Shown piece by piece: positions 49,173 to 59,119 of a DNA stretch of 60,178 nucleotides (position 1 is the stretch's first letter; the number at the start of each line of letters is the position of its first letter). Origin of the DNA: Christensenellales bacterium. Lineage in GTDB: Bacteria > Bacillota > Clostridia > Christensenellales > CALWSW01. The notes under the pieces were generated by a model, which saw nothing but the letters and a program-made list of their open reading frames with translations, was not told the origin of the DNA and did no database searches. The stretch spans positions 1-60,178 of the forward strand of contig JBMNTV010000004.1 of assembly GCA_050945915.1 (NCBI GenBank), read 5' to 3'. The position numbers were made by a program, and so were the translations under genes.

Positions 49173-49968
49173 TCCTGGACTCCTTGATCTCGATGACTTC
49201 GGGCTTGACGCCAGCGGCGATCAGTTCGCTGCGGGCGATGAAAGAATTCAACTTTTCCCGGATGATACGGGGGTTTTCGCCCTCCTGGATGGAGAGCAGC
49301 CCTTCGATATACAGCTCCTTTTGCAGCACTTCCTCGTCGCTCAGACTCTTGAGTTTCTTTGCGATGGGGATAAAGATCAGGTTCGCAAGCACGGAACCGT
49401 AAAACGTGGTCACCAGCGCGACCGCCATGTTTTTGCCAAGGGACCCAAGGTCATCCAGGGTCTGTAGCATCAGAACCAGGCCGATCAGCGTTCCGATCAG
49501 GCCGTATGCCGGGGCGAAGTTGGCCATGGTGTTGAACAGGTCCTGACCTTCTGCGTGCCTGGTCTGGATGAAGTAGACCTCTGTCTGGAGGATGCTCTTG
49601 ATGAGCTCAATGTCCGTACCGTCCACGATCATGCTGACGCCCTTTCTCAGGAACGGGTCCTCAATCTCCATGAGCTTTTCATCAAGGGCCAGCAATCCTT
49701 CCCTGCGGGCAATGTTTGCAATATCGATGATCAGGTCAATGTCCTTGTTGAGTTCGATATTTGATTTTTGGAACGCCTTCTTCATGACCGGAAGCACATT
49801 TTTGAGACTTTTCCCCCGGAAGGCGATGATGGTGGAAGCGATCGTCCCCCCTATCGTGATCAGTACGGATGCAAAATCCCAGAAGTAAGCGAGCTGCCCC
49901 GCGATCGAGATAGAGATGATGATCAGAACGGCACCCAGCCCCATTCCGAATAAGGTCGTAAACTCCAC
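49162..49968 (-). CDS. motA: flagellar stator MotA
   Basis: ARREGLLAL, APAYGLIGT..GL, ALVTTFYG. Confidence 0.93.
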   Translation of the reverse strand: MEFTTLFGMGLGAVLIIISISIAGQLAYFWDFASVLITIGGTIASTIIAFRGKSLKNVLPVMKKAFQKSNIELNKDIDLIIDIANIARREGLLALDEKLMEIEDPFLRKGVSMIVDGTDIELIKSILQTEVYFIQTRHAEGQDLFNTMANFAPAYGLIGTLIGLVLMLQTLDDLGSLGKNMAVALVTTFYGSVLANLIFIPIAKKLKSLSDEEVLQKELYIEGLLSIQEGENPRIIREKLNSFIARSELIAAGVKPEVIEIKESRNAR

Positions 49969-49998
49969 TTGCTTTCACCTCGGTTATTGTCAGGCTGC

Positions 49999-50190
49999 TT
50001 AAACGTCGCCGCCGTAGATTTGCCGCTTATATTCGATGATCAGCCTCTTGATTTCGTCACATGTCTCTGCGACGACGAGCTTTCTGCCTGAGGTCATGGA
50101 AATGACAGTGTCGGGCGTTGCTTCCACGAATTCGATGAGGTCGCAGTTGACCCAGAACTCCTCGTGATTTAACCTGTGAACTTTAATCAA
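49999..50190 (-). CDS. flbD: FlbD/SwrD family flagellar protein
   Basis: I...RLN..EF.VN.DLIE.VE.TPDTVI; TTG start after GGAGG. Confidence 0.88.
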   Translation of the reverse strand: MIKVHRLNHEEFWVNCDLIEFVEATPDTVISMTSGRKLVVAETCDEIKRLIIEYKRQIYGGDV

Positions 50191-50247
50191 AACGCCCTCC
50201 ATTTCCCTGCGGGAAGGGCGGCCGGCCCTCCCGCAGGCGCACGAATA

Positions 50248-51075
50248 TTATCGGACCATGTTGACGAGTTCTTCGAGCATCTCGTCCGTGGTTGTGATGA
50301 TGCGGGAGTTGGCCTGGAACCCCCTTTGGGTCACGATCATGTCCGTGAATTCGGAAGTCAGGTCCACGTTGGACATCTCCAGCGACGAAGGGTTGATGGC
50401 GCCCGTTCCACCGCTGCCCGGCGCCTTGTTGACAGCGGTACCGGAGTTCACCGTGGCGCGGTACGCGTTTCCGCCGATCTTTTCAAGGCCGTTGGGGTTT
50501 GCAAAGGTGGCAAGGGCGATCCTGCCTATTACGGTGGTGGCCTTGGTGGTCACTTCCAGCCCGACGACCTCACCGTTGCGGTTGATGGAAATATCCGTAT
50601 AAGCGGGATCGAGCTTGATCCGCTCCAGCGTAGTGACGGTGCCATTCGCATCCGGGGTGCCGGTATAACCCATGACGTAGTTGCCGTTGGAGTCCACCAG
50701 GTAATTCTCGGAATCCGTCTTGAAGTTGCCCGCCCGGGTATAGGTGTATCCGCTGCCTTCCTGAATGATGAAGTACCCATCCCCGTCAATAGCGAGGTCC
50801 AGGGTGTTTCCCGTGTACTGGGTAGAGGAAGGGGCATAGGAAATGTCGATCGTGGCAAGCTGTACGCCCAGGCCGATCTGCTGAGGGTTGGTTCCCCCAT
50901 TGTCGGCAGACGGGGCGGAAGCAGGAGCCACAGTCTGGCTGAAAATATCCTGGAACACCACGCGGCTGGATTTGAAGCCGATAGTGTTAACGTTGGCAAT
51001 GTTGTTGCCGATAACGTCCATCTTCGTCTGATGGGAACGCAATCCGGTCACCCCGGAGTACAATGAACGCATCAT
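50248..51075 (-). CDS. flgE: flagellar hook protein FlgE (short Firmicute type)
   Basis: MMRSLYSGV, IGNNIANVNT.GFK, YTRAGNF, LEMSNVDL..EF; follows flgD. Confidence 0.88.
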   Translation of the reverse strand: MMRSLYSGVTGLRSHQTKMDVIGNNIANVNTIGFKSSRVVFQDIFSQTVAPASAPSADNGGTNPQQIGLGVQLATIDISYAPSSTQYTGNTLDLAIDGDGYFIIQEGSGYTYTRAGNFKTDSENYLVDSNGNYVMGYTGTPDANGTVTTLERIKLDPAYTDISINRNGEVVGLEVTTKATTVIGRIALATFANPNGLEKIGGNAYRATVNSGTAVNKAPGSGGTGAINPSSLEMSNVDLTSEFTDMIVTQRGFQANSRIITTTDEMLEELVNMVR

Positions 51076-51097
51076 GGTAAGTGTTCCTCCTGAGAAA

Positions 51098-51766
51098 TTA
51101 GACTTGTTGGCCCTCTGGCGACGGTTCGGGTTCAAATGTCCCCGCGGCGGAATCGGAGATTTCGACGATGCTTCCAGGCAGCACATTCTGGCCGCCCACG
51201 ACCAGATAGATCACCCCGTCGTTGACAAGGATCTTTTCCACCTTGCCGGAAACCGTCGATTCGTTGCCGGACTCGTCCGTCACGATGGCGGTGACGTTCC
51301 TGCCGATTAATGCGGCGCTCTTTAGCACCTCGTCATCCGTTGCGGAGCCGACCGCGCTGCCGTCCACCGCCGCATAGACGTCCGCCATGCTGTAAGTCTC
51401 CCCGCCCACCATCAGGTAGCTGGTGCCGCCCCGGTTGATCACGCCGTCCACCCTGCCCAGCATGAGGTTCGAGTCGGAGCCGATGTAAACGTACTTGCCA
51501 ATCATGCCATAGGCCTGACTGGCGGAAATGCTGTTGCCGATCTGGGAAAGCTGCTCCAGAATCGTGATCTGGGCAAGCTGGGTCATATAGCTGGCTGGAC
51601 TGCTGTCCGACGCGCTGTTGAGCGGATCCTGATAGGTCATCTGGGTGACGAACAGCTTTAAAAAGTCGTTCATGTCCAGGCTTTTCTTTTTGGGCGCCGC
51701 GGTCGCCGCGCTGCCATTACCATGCAACGCCTGCATGACCAGCGGGCTAACGGAGTTAGTGCTCAT
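51098..51766 (-). CDS. flgD: flagellar hook capping protein FlgD
   Basis: DFLKLFVTQM.YQDPLN, TQLAQ. Confidence 0.9.
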   Translation of the reverse strand: MSTNSVSPLVMQALHGNGSAATAAPKKKSLDMNDFLKLFVTQMTYQDPLNSASDSSPASYMTQLAQITILEQLSQIGNSISASQAYGMIGKYVYIGSDSNLMLGRVDGVINRGGTSYLMVGGETYSMADVYAAVDGSAVGSATDDEVLKSAALIGRNVTAIVTDESGNESTVSGKVEKILVNDGVIYLVVGGQNVLPGSIVEISDSAAGTFEPEPSPEGQQV

Positions 51767-51777
51767 GGGTTATCCTC

Positions 51778-53106
51778 TCATGCGAAAAATTCGACGGTGC
51801 TGTTGCCAGCATACAGGCTGAAAGCGTCCCACTTCTGCTCGGCGCGGGAGTCCGCCTGGACGAAGGCGTGCATGCCGCCGCCCTGCCTGTTGCCGCCGTT
51901 GCTGCCTGAATGCTGCTCCCTGCCGTCAAAGGCCGTGGGATTGTCGTAGGAAACGTCCATCCCGGAAAGGGAAATCCCCTTTTCCTTCAGTTCGCCCATC
52001 AGAGAGGGCGAATGCTCGGAAAGCAACTGCTTGACGCTCGGGTCGTCCGTGTGGATCTGCATGTGAATGCTGCCCTTTTCCATGGTCAGCCTGATGCGGA
52101 TCTTGCCCAAGAATTCCGGCTTGAGTTCGACTTCGAACTCGTGCCTTCCCTCCGCGGATTTGGTGTGGACGCTGTCCACAATCCGAAGGATGTTTTCCCG
52201 GGCGTATTGCGGCTCTTCCGTTTCCCAAATAGCGGAAGGTTGGGTTTCCTGCGCGGTCTGGACCGGTTCGCGGACATCCGTCTTCCCATCCGCAGTTTGG
52301 ATAAAAGCGGTATCCTCGTCCATCTCCGCCATTTCCGGGCCTTCGCGCCCTGTGTCCGTCTTTTTTGCGGCGTTTGCGATCTCCCCGGAAGCGTTTTCGG
52401 CAACTTTGAACCCGCCTTGGGGGTTCAAAGCGCTGTTTTTGGGGAGGATGCCGTCAATTGCGGTTTCCGGTTCGCTCGTCGCTTCGACTTCGAAAGCGCC
52501 CTGCGCCGCTATGTCGGCGGATTCGCCCAGGGACGGGGCGATCCCTCGCGCTTTCTCCGGCGGCGCTTCTTGGTTCATCTGCTGCGCTTGGGATGTCTTC
52601 CCTTCCAGGCCCAGCGATTCGTCCAAATAGTCGCCGACGGTCTTCAGTATCTGATCCTGCGTAATCGCCGGGTTTTCCCCGGCCACAGCGGTTTGCATCC
52701 ATGCATTCTGCCCGGCAACCGCGCCGTCCTGCCTGCCGTCTTCCATCACGCCCTGGGTCGGGTTGGTTCCCGCCGCCTGGGTGGTGGGGTCGGCGAACGC
52801 GGCCTGAATGTTTGCGGTTACCTGGGGATCCACCGGCAGCTCGATTCCTTCGATGGTGCAGGCTTCTGCGGAGATCGCCTGAACGGCTTCCGCCTCATCC
52901 TGCATGCCGGTGTTCAAAGTGATGTTGCCACAGTCTGGCGCGGCCTGCTGCGCCGGAACAGCCATCGCACCGAAGGCCTCCAGCTTCTTTTTGAAGCTCT
53001 GGCTTACTCTGTCCTGGCTGTGAAAGGCTCTTCCAGCTCGCCCGCTGCCCTTTGCTGCAACAATGCTTTGCGCTTCGTTCCCGCAAAGCGTCATAGCATT
53101 CGTCAC
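51778..53106 (-). CDS. fliK: flagellar hook-length control protein FliK
   Basis: Low-complexity N-terminus, C-terminal L.PE.LG.I.I; lies between fliJ and flgD; start uncertain. Confidence 0.8.
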   Translation of the reverse strand: MTNAMTLCGNEAQSIVAAKGSGRAGRAFHSQDRVSQSFKKKLEAFGAMAVPAQQAAPDCGNITLNTGMQDEAEAVQAISAEACTIEGIELPVDPQVTANIQAAFADPTTQAAGTNPTQGVMEDGRQDGAVAGQNAWMQTAVAGENPAITQDQILKTVGDYLDESLGLEGKTSQAQQMNQEAPPEKARGIAPSLGESADIAAQGAFEVEATSEPETAIDGILPKNSALNPQGGFKVAENASGEIANAAKKTDTGREGPEMAEMDEDTAFIQTADGKTDVREPVQTAQETQPSAIWETEEPQYARENILRIVDSVHTKSAEGRHEFEVELKPEFLGKIRIRLTMEKGSIHMQIHTDDPSVKQLLSEHSPSLMGELKEKGISLSGMDVSYDNPTAFDGREQHSGSNGGNRQGGGMHAFVQADSRAEQKWDAFSLYAGNSTVEFFA

Positions 53107-53193
53107 AATACCTATCACCCTCCTTTGCGTTGTAAATGATTTCATTAATGCTAATAAAAATGCAATCATGCAGGTTATAGCTTTTCGTCAATC

Positions 53194-53655
53194 CTATTCG
53201 GCGCTCTGCTGGGAGGCGCTGCCCGTGGTTTTGTAGGACACGAAATCGTCCATCAGCTTGGCCTGATGCTTTTTCAGTTCCTCCAGATACTGAGCGTACT
53301 GCTCTTCCCGGAGCTTTTCCAAAAGCATTTTTTCCTTCCGGATGGCGATCAACTGTTGCAGGCATTTGGCCTTTTCGTCCTCAAGCTGGGCGATTTTGGT
53401 CTGCTGAATCAGGATCACGGCCCAGATCTTTTCAAAGAACAGACCGTAATTCATGACCTTCCTCGCCTGCATGCCCCGGGAAACGGCGGCGGTGTACTCC
53501 AGCTTTGTGTTTTCAAAGCTCCTGTTCAGGGTCTCCAGCTCTTTGCGGTGGACCGCCAGCTCCGCCTCGATGGCGCTGAGCTGGAGCTTGGCCTGCTTTT
53601 CTTTGCTTTCCTGCATGTCATACAGCGCCTGCAGGGTGAAAACAAACTGTTTCAT
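53194..53655 (-). CDS. fliJ: flagellar export protein FliJ
   Basis: MK.F.F.LQ, coiled coil, LEKLRE...DD. Confidence 0.85.
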   Translation of the reverse strand: MKQFVFTLQALYDMQESKEKQAKLQLSAIEAELAVHRKELETLNRSFENTKLEYTAAVSRGMQARKVMNYGLFFEKIWAVILIQQTKIAQLEDEKAKCLQQLIAIRKEKMLLEKLREEQYAQYLEELKKHQAKLMDDFVSYKTTGSASQQSAE

Positions 53656-54980
53656 TCTGTATATCGCCCGTCGTAAATTTCTTTCAGGAGTGCCATCGTA
53701 TCGTCATAGGTGAATCGCTCATCAACCTGCTGGCACAACAGCGCGTTGATGGAGTCGATCAGGTCGACAGCTTCGTCGATCTTCCTGCTGGAGCCCTTTT
53801 TGTAAGCCCCGATGGAGATCAAATCCTGGGTTTCCTTGTAGGTGCTCATCACGCCGCGGATGTATCTGGGCATTTCGAGGTTCTCCCTGTCCACCACGTC
53901 CGGCATCAGACGGCTGATGCTTTGCAGCACGTCAATGGCGGGGTAGTGGCCGGCATTCGCGAGTTTGCGCGAAAGGACGATGTGCCCGTCCAGGATGCCG
54001 CGGACAGTGTCGGAGATGGGCTCGTCCATGTCATCGCCCTCGACGAGGACGGTGTAAAGGCCGGTGATGGAACCCTTGCTGCTGTTCCCGGCGCGCTCCA
54101 ACAACTTGGGCATGATGGCGTAAACCGAAGGGGTGAATCCCCTGGAAACCGGCGGTTCGCCGATGGCCATGCCGATTTCCCTCTGGGCCATGGCGAATCT
54201 TGTCAAAGAGTCCATCATCAGCAAAACGCTGTATCCCTGATCCCGGAAGAACTCCGCGATGGCGGTGCCCACCATGGCGGATTTGAGACGGACCAGCGCA
54301 GGCTGGTCCGAGGTGGCCACCACCAACACCGAACGCCTAAGGCCTTCTTCTTTGAGATCCTTTTCCAGGAAGTCCCGGACTTCGCGCCCGCGTTCCCCGA
54401 TGAGCACGATCACGTTGATATCCACGGTAGTGTTTCGCGCGATCATGCCCAATAGGGTGCTTTTACCCACGCCGCTGCCTGCGAAGATGCCCACGCGCTG
54501 ACCCTTGCCCAGGGTGAGCATGGCGTCAATCGCCTTCACCCCGAGGGAGATCCGTTCGGTGATGCGCGAGCGTTCCATAGGGTTCGGGGGATTGTTGTTG
54601 ATGGGGTAATAGCCCTCGGGCTGAATGGGCGGGCCGCCGTCCATCGGATTGCCCAGGCCGTCCAGCACTCTGCCGCAAAAGGCCCTTCCCACCGGCACTC
54701 TCAGCGACTCGCCTTCGGAAACGACGTAGCTGTTTGGCCCGACGCCCGACAGCTCGCCAAAAGGCATCAGCATCGCCTTCTTGTCCTTGAATCCAACCAC
54801 TTCGGAGAGAATGTACTGGTCCCTCTTTTCGGTATAGATCCGGCAAATGTCCCCCACGTTGGCGACGATGCCCGTCGCCTCCACGGTCAGCCCGACAATC
54901 TGGCTGATGCGGCCGCCGTACTGCAGGGCTTCTGCGCTCTTGATGGCGTTTGCGTACTTGTCCGTATCAAAAAACTTCAT
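53652..54980 (-). CDS. fliI: flagellar export ATPase FliI
   Basis: AGSGVGKS, GERGREV, MDSLTRFA, DGHIVL. Confidence 0.95.
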   Translation of the reverse strand: MKFFDTDKYANAIKSAEALQYGGRISQIVGLTVEATGIVANVGDICRIYTEKRDQYILSEVVGFKDKKAMLMPFGELSGVGPNSYVVSEGESLRVPVGRAFCGRVLDGLGNPMDGGPPIQPEGYYPINNNPPNPMERSRITERISLGVKAIDAMLTLGKGQRVGIFAGSGVGKSTLLGMIARNTTVDINVIVLIGERGREVRDFLEKDLKEEGLRRSVLVVATSDQPALVRLKSAMVGTAIAEFFRDQGYSVLLMMDSLTRFAMAQREIGMAIGEPPVSRGFTPSVYAIMPKLLERAGNSSKGSITGLYTVLVEGDDMDEPISDTVRGILDGHIVLSRKLANAGHYPAIDVLQSISRLMPDVVDRENLEMPRYIRGVMSTYKETQDLISIGAYKKGSSRKIDEAVDLIDSINALLCQQVDERFTYDDTMALLKEIYDGRYTE

Positions 54981-54991
54981 GGTTTTTGCCC

Positions 54992-55726
54992 CTAATACAG
55001 CGCACGGCTGAGTTTCTGGAGCTGATCCTGCACGCCCGCGTTGACGATCCCGTCTTCGGACTCGGCGATACAACCGCCCGGTTCCATCAAAGGATCGCAC
55101 ACCACCTCAAGAGGCAGTCCTCCGACCTCGTTGCTGAGCCACTGCCCGCCTTCGCCAAAAAAGCGGTCGTATTCGGAGGAACTTACGCGCAATGTAACTT
55201 TTGTTGAAGATTCCAGTGCCAAAATGGCTTTTTTTGCGATCTCCCTATATATTAAATCGTCCCTTTCCAGGTTGATATTAATGATTTTTTCGGCTATATC
55301 GAAAGAAAGCCTGAGCACATTGTCCAAAAGATCCTGATAAAGATCCTGCTTATATGCTTCAAGCTTTTCAAACACGCACCTTGCATCTTCGGTCTGGGCG
55401 CGGATCAGCGCATCCATCTCACGTTCCGCTGCTTTTTTTCCTTCTTGGAAACCGTCTCGATAACCGTCCTTATAACCTTCCTTCTTCGCCGTTTCCTCGA
55501 TCTCTTTTGCACGCTCTCTGGCCTTCACAATCAGCTGTTCCGCCTGTGCCTTTGCCTTTTTTCGCATCTCTTCCAGGGCGGCATCCTGTACGGGGGTGGG
55601 GGCAGGAGCGCTGGGGGGAGGGGATTGGGGCTTGGGCTTGCTCGTCGAAATCTCTTTATTGGTGATGACCACAACTTCTTTGTTGAGGTTCATCCTCTCA
55701 ACGAAAGACTTGTCGATTCTAAACAA
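54992..55726 (-). CDS. fliH: flagellar assembly protein FliH
   Basis: GxxxG repeats (EGYKDGYRDGFQEG), GGC..E...G; TTG start. Confidence 0.85.
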   Translation of the reverse strand: MFRIDKSFVERMNLNKEVVVITNKEISTSKPKPQSPPPSAPAPTPVQDAALEEMRKKAKAQAEQLIVKARERAKEIEETAKKEGYKDGYRDGFQEGKKAAEREMDALIRAQTEDARCVFEKLEAYKQDLYQDLLDNVLRLSFDIAEKIININLERDDLIYREIAKKAILALESSTKVTLRVSSSEYDRFFGEGGQWLSNEVGGLPLEVVCDPLMEPGGCIAESEDGIVNAGVQDQLQKLSRALY

Positions 55727-56726
55727 TAATACCCTCCTCCCCGTTGCGTGAAATGATGATCTCTCCGGCCTCATCCAGCTGGCGAATGATGCTGACGATC
55801 TTCTGCTGGGCCTCCTCCACGTCCCTTACGCGCACGGGTCCCATGACCTCGATGTCTTCCTTGATCATTTCCTGCAGGCGCCTGGAGATGTTCTCCATGA
55901 TGATCCTCTCCACCGGCGTGCCCAAAACGCCCTTGAGGGCAATGGCGAGATCGCGATTGTCGATTTCCCTGAGTACGCGCTGGATCGCCTGCGGCGAAAG
56001 TTTGACGATATCCTCGAACACGAACATGCGCTTTTTGATCTCTTCCACCAGTTCGGCGTCCTGCTCTTCCAAGGATTCCAGCAAATGGCGCTCGGTGCCC
56101 CTGTCCACGCTGTTGAGGATGCTGACCAGGGTGTCGATTCCGCCGGTGCTGGTGGCGTCGCTAAAGCTCATGGTGGACAGCTTTTTCTCCAACACGCGCT
56201 CGGTTTCCTTGATGTATTCCGGGGAGGCGATCCCCATGTTCGCGATGCGGGCGATCACGCTGGTCTGCTTTTCCAACGGCAGCTGAGAAAGAATCTGCGC
56301 CGCGTTCTTCGGATCGATGTACGAAAGAACAAGGGCGATGGTCTGGGGATGCTCGTTTTGGATGAAGTTCAGCACCTGGGTGGAATCTGCCCTGCGGACG
56401 AAATCGAAGGGCCTGACCCGCAATGAGGCGGAAAGGCGCATGATCAGCTCGTTTGCGCTTTCCGGCCCGAAGGCTTTTTCCAGGATGCCCCGGGCGTACT
56501 CGATCCCGCCCTCGGAAATATACTTCTGGGCCATGCACATCTGGATAAATTCCTGGACCACGGACTCCTTGACTTCCGGTTCCACCCTGCGGACGCTGGT
56601 GATGCTCAGCGTCATCTGCTCGATCTCCTCGTCGGTGAGGTGTTTATAAATCTTGGCCGCATAGTCCTTGCCGACAGTGATCATCAGGATCGCCGCTTTT
56701 TCCCTAGAGCTGTACTTTTCGATCAA
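55719..56726 (-). CDS. fliG: flagellar motor switch protein FliG
   Basis: KAAIL, GG.EYA, EHPQTIA, MFVFEDI. Confidence 0.95.
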   Translation of the reverse strand: MIEKYSSREKAAILMITVGKDYAAKIYKHLTDEEIEQMTLSITSVRRVEPEVKESVVQEFIQMCMAQKYISEGGIEYARGILEKAFGPESANELIMRLSASLRVRPFDFVRRADSTQVLNFIQNEHPQTIALVLSYIDPKNAAQILSQLPLEKQTSVIARIANMGIASPEYIKETERVLEKKLSTMSFSDATSTGGIDTLVSILNSVDRGTERHLLESLEEQDAELVEEIKKRMFVFEDIVKLSPQAIQRVLREIDNRDLAIALKGVLGTPVERIIMENISRRLQEMIKEDIEVMGPVRVRDVEEAQQKIVSIIRQLDEAGEIIISRNGEEGIIV

Positions 56727-56732
56727 TGCCGC

Positions 56733-58349
56733 TCACTCCTCGTTCAACCAGTTGCGCAGTAGATTCGCGGCGGATTCGGGATCGTTGAAAATAAATTCTT
56801 CCACCGCTTTGAGATTGGCGTCCTTGCTGTCCACGCTGAGTTCGGGCAGAATCTCCTCGTCCTCCTTGACGGGCACTGTGGGGACTTCCTCTGTTCCGAC
56901 AAGGACATCGACGCTGGTATCTGCGCCCTTCTTCTTCCTCTTCTTCTTTTCCTTCCTGGGCCTGAACGTTCGGATGATCAGCAACAGGAAGATCATGACC
57001 AGCAGCCCGGAACCCGCAATGATGATCAGGCGCATCATCTCCATGTAGCGTTCGGCTGCGTCTTTCTCCTTCTGGTAGGCCAATGCAGCCTGTGCTTCCT
57101 GGCTCTTTTGCTCCTTTTCGGCCTCCACGCCGCCAAAGGCCATCCCGCTGACGGTGATGTTTGCAGGCTCTGCGCCGATGGCGGAGGCGACGAGGTTTTT
57201 CACCTCGTTGATATAGCTGCCGGTATCCGCCCTGTTGATGATCACCGCCACAGTCAGGCTATCAATCTCGCCCTGGGCCTCTTTGATCTGGGTTACGGTC
57301 TGGTTGACCTCGTAATTGACTTCCCGCGAGACATTGTAATAAATGGCGTTTTCGTTCTCCTCCAGGGCGGCGAGGTATTGGGAAGCATTGCCATTGGCGT
57401 CGATTCCCGCAGGAGCGCCTTCGGTGTCGCTGGTGATCGCCTCCACCAGCTCCTTCATGCTGACGGCGATGCCCTCTTCCTTGCCTTCGGGCACAGAATA
57501 CTCCACGCTCTCGATGCTCTTTTCATCAAAATTCAGTTTGACGCTGACCGCCGCAAGCACATTGTCCGTTCCGAAGACCGGACCGAGCAGGTTGACGATC
57601 TGCCGACTGAGCTGGTCGCGCACCCTGTCCTGAAGCTGGAGGCGCGCATCCACGCTGTGGGCGCCGTACTCGTCCTCCTCGGTGTAAAGGTGCATCTTGG
57701 AATCGACGATCCGAATATTGTCCGCGTCCAGGCCGGAAATGCTCTTGGCCACCAGCTCCCGGATGGCTCTGGCCTCGTTGCCGCTCAGCGTTTCCCCTTC
57801 CCGCAGGGTCAGCATGACAGAGGCGGTGGCGGGCCGCTTGTTTTCCGAAAGGACGAAGGAACTGTCCTCCCCAAGGTCGAGGTTGACCACCGCATCGACG
57901 ATCTTGTCCATCTTCAGGATCGTCGCCCTGAGATTCGATTGGAGCTGATACTTGTAATAGACCTGCTTTTCAGCGCTGGTGGTGCCGATACCGGAAGCGC
58001 TTCCATAAATGCTGTAATCGTTGACGCCGCTCGTGGGATATCCCTGGACAGCAAGTTCCAGGCGGATTTCGTCCGCGCGATCGGCAGGGACGAGCACCGT
58101 GTCCTCTCCCTGGGTTTTGGCGTCGACCCCCATCTCGTTCAAGGCGCTGAGTACCTTGCCCGTATCCGTGGCGTCCATACCGCTGTACAGCACGGTATAG
58201 GTTTTCTGGTTGAGGAAAACAGCCAGAGCCGCGATAACGGCAATGGTTAAAACGGACAGCACGATAATCCGTACTTTTTTGCCTTTTTCAATTGTTTTGA
58301 AACTATCAAAAAGTTTTTGGGGCGAAAACGTCTTTTTCTCTGCTGCCAT
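56733..58349 (-). CDS. fliF: flagellar MS-ring protein FliF
   Basis: Two TM helices, ATASVML, LRNWL C-terminus. Confidence 0.93.
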   Translation of the reverse strand: MAAEKKTFSPQKLFDSFKTIEKGKKVRIIVLSVLTIAVIAALAVFLNQKTYTVLYSGMDATDTGKVLSALNEMGVDAKTQGEDTVLVPADRADEIRLELAVQGYPTSGVNDYSIYGSASGIGTTSAEKQVYYKYQLQSNLRATILKMDKIVDAVVNLDLGEDSSFVLSENKRPATASVMLTLREGETLSGNEARAIRELVAKSISGLDADNIRIVDSKMHLYTEEDEYGAHSVDARLQLQDRVRDQLSRQIVNLLGPVFGTDNVLAAVSVKLNFDEKSIESVEYSVPEGKEEGIAVSMKELVEAITSDTEGAPAGIDANGNASQYLAALEENENAIYYNVSREVNYEVNQTVTQIKEAQGEIDSLTVAVIINRADTGSYINEVKNLVASAIGAEPANITVSGMAFGGVEAEKEQKSQEAQAALAYQKEKDAAERYMEMMRLIIIAGSGLLVMIFLLLIIRTFRPRKEKKKRKKKGADTSVDVLVGTEEVPTVPVKEDEEILPELSVDSKDANLKAVEEFIFNDPESAANLLRNWLNEE

Positions 58350-58700
58350 TATCCGCCTGTTCCTTGTATCATTATGTAAATTTTCCCTGAATTTTTTCCA
58401 ATTATATTACATTTGCGCCATTTCGTCGAATAGATCCGCCAAAAATCCCGATTTGTGACCAGTCGGTTTTTCAGGATCCGACATTCTTCTTCTGCAAAGC
58501 GGGCATAAAAAACCAGCAGCAGTCACCGCCAGCCTGGCAGGCCGCCTGGGCAAAGTCATCCGTTCAGCGTATTGCTTTCAAAAACATACCGCGAGGTTCC
58601 GCTTTAACCCCCTGCCCTTTCGGTCACAAACGGGGCGCAATCGACTCGCGCATCTTCAATAGCGTGGCGAATCGTTCAAACGATTGGCGAATTTTGCATT

Positions 58701-58729
58701 ATTATACCATGTCTTACCTTCGTTTCCAA
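58701..58729 (-). promoter_or_regulatory. sigma-A promoter for the fliF operon
   Basis: TTGGAA-17-TATAAT with TG on the minus strand. Confidence 0.6.
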
Positions 58730-58987
58730 GTATCTCCTGGTATTGATCATCATTGTTGTGTTTTGTAAAATACATGATATATAGCATAAACACTGGCATA
58801 TTAAGGAAGGGACGGACACGATTCCACGCGTCGTTCATGCCTCAAAACGCCGTACACAGAAGGGTTTTCGGCACATTTCCCGTCCGTATCGGTGCACAAA
58901 AGAATGAAGGCGAATTGATAAGTATGCATCAATCCCGGTCACGCGTTTTATACCCCAGCCAAAAAAGAATATTTTTTGCTGCGCCAT

Positions 58988-59014
58988 TAAAGTAATCGCC
59001 GGTTCTGCCGATAT
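58988..59014 (+). promoter_or_regulatory. sigma-28 (SigD/FliA) promoter
   Basis: TAAA-N15-GCCGATAT, a consensus match. Confidence 0.9.
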
Positions 59015-59071
59015 TATTGTTAGAGTTGAACCCGTTGCTCGAAGGCGCCAGGCATCTGGTTCTTCTCGAAA

Positions 59072-59115
59072 TTGCATGGATGCAAAGCAACACGCAAAAG
59101 AAATCACGGAGGATT
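59072..59115 (+). promoter_or_regulatory. two CsrA-type binding sites in the flagellin leader
   Basis: Hairpins TTGCA-TGGA-TGCAA and AATC-ACGGAG-GATT; the second overlaps the SD. Confidence 0.7.
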
Positions 59116-59119
59116 CAAA

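Noticed and set aside
58407-58559. 50-aa minus-strand ORF upstream of fliF as a possible fliE remnant
   Set aside because: No SD and no real FliE similarity.
58350-59119. c-di-GMP-I riboswitch, CodY box or Spo0A box in the fliF-flagellin spacer
   Set aside because: No GCAAAC..GAAA..GACGCAAAG pattern; the CodY-like site has four mismatches and the 0A-like site is a single imperfect 7-mer.
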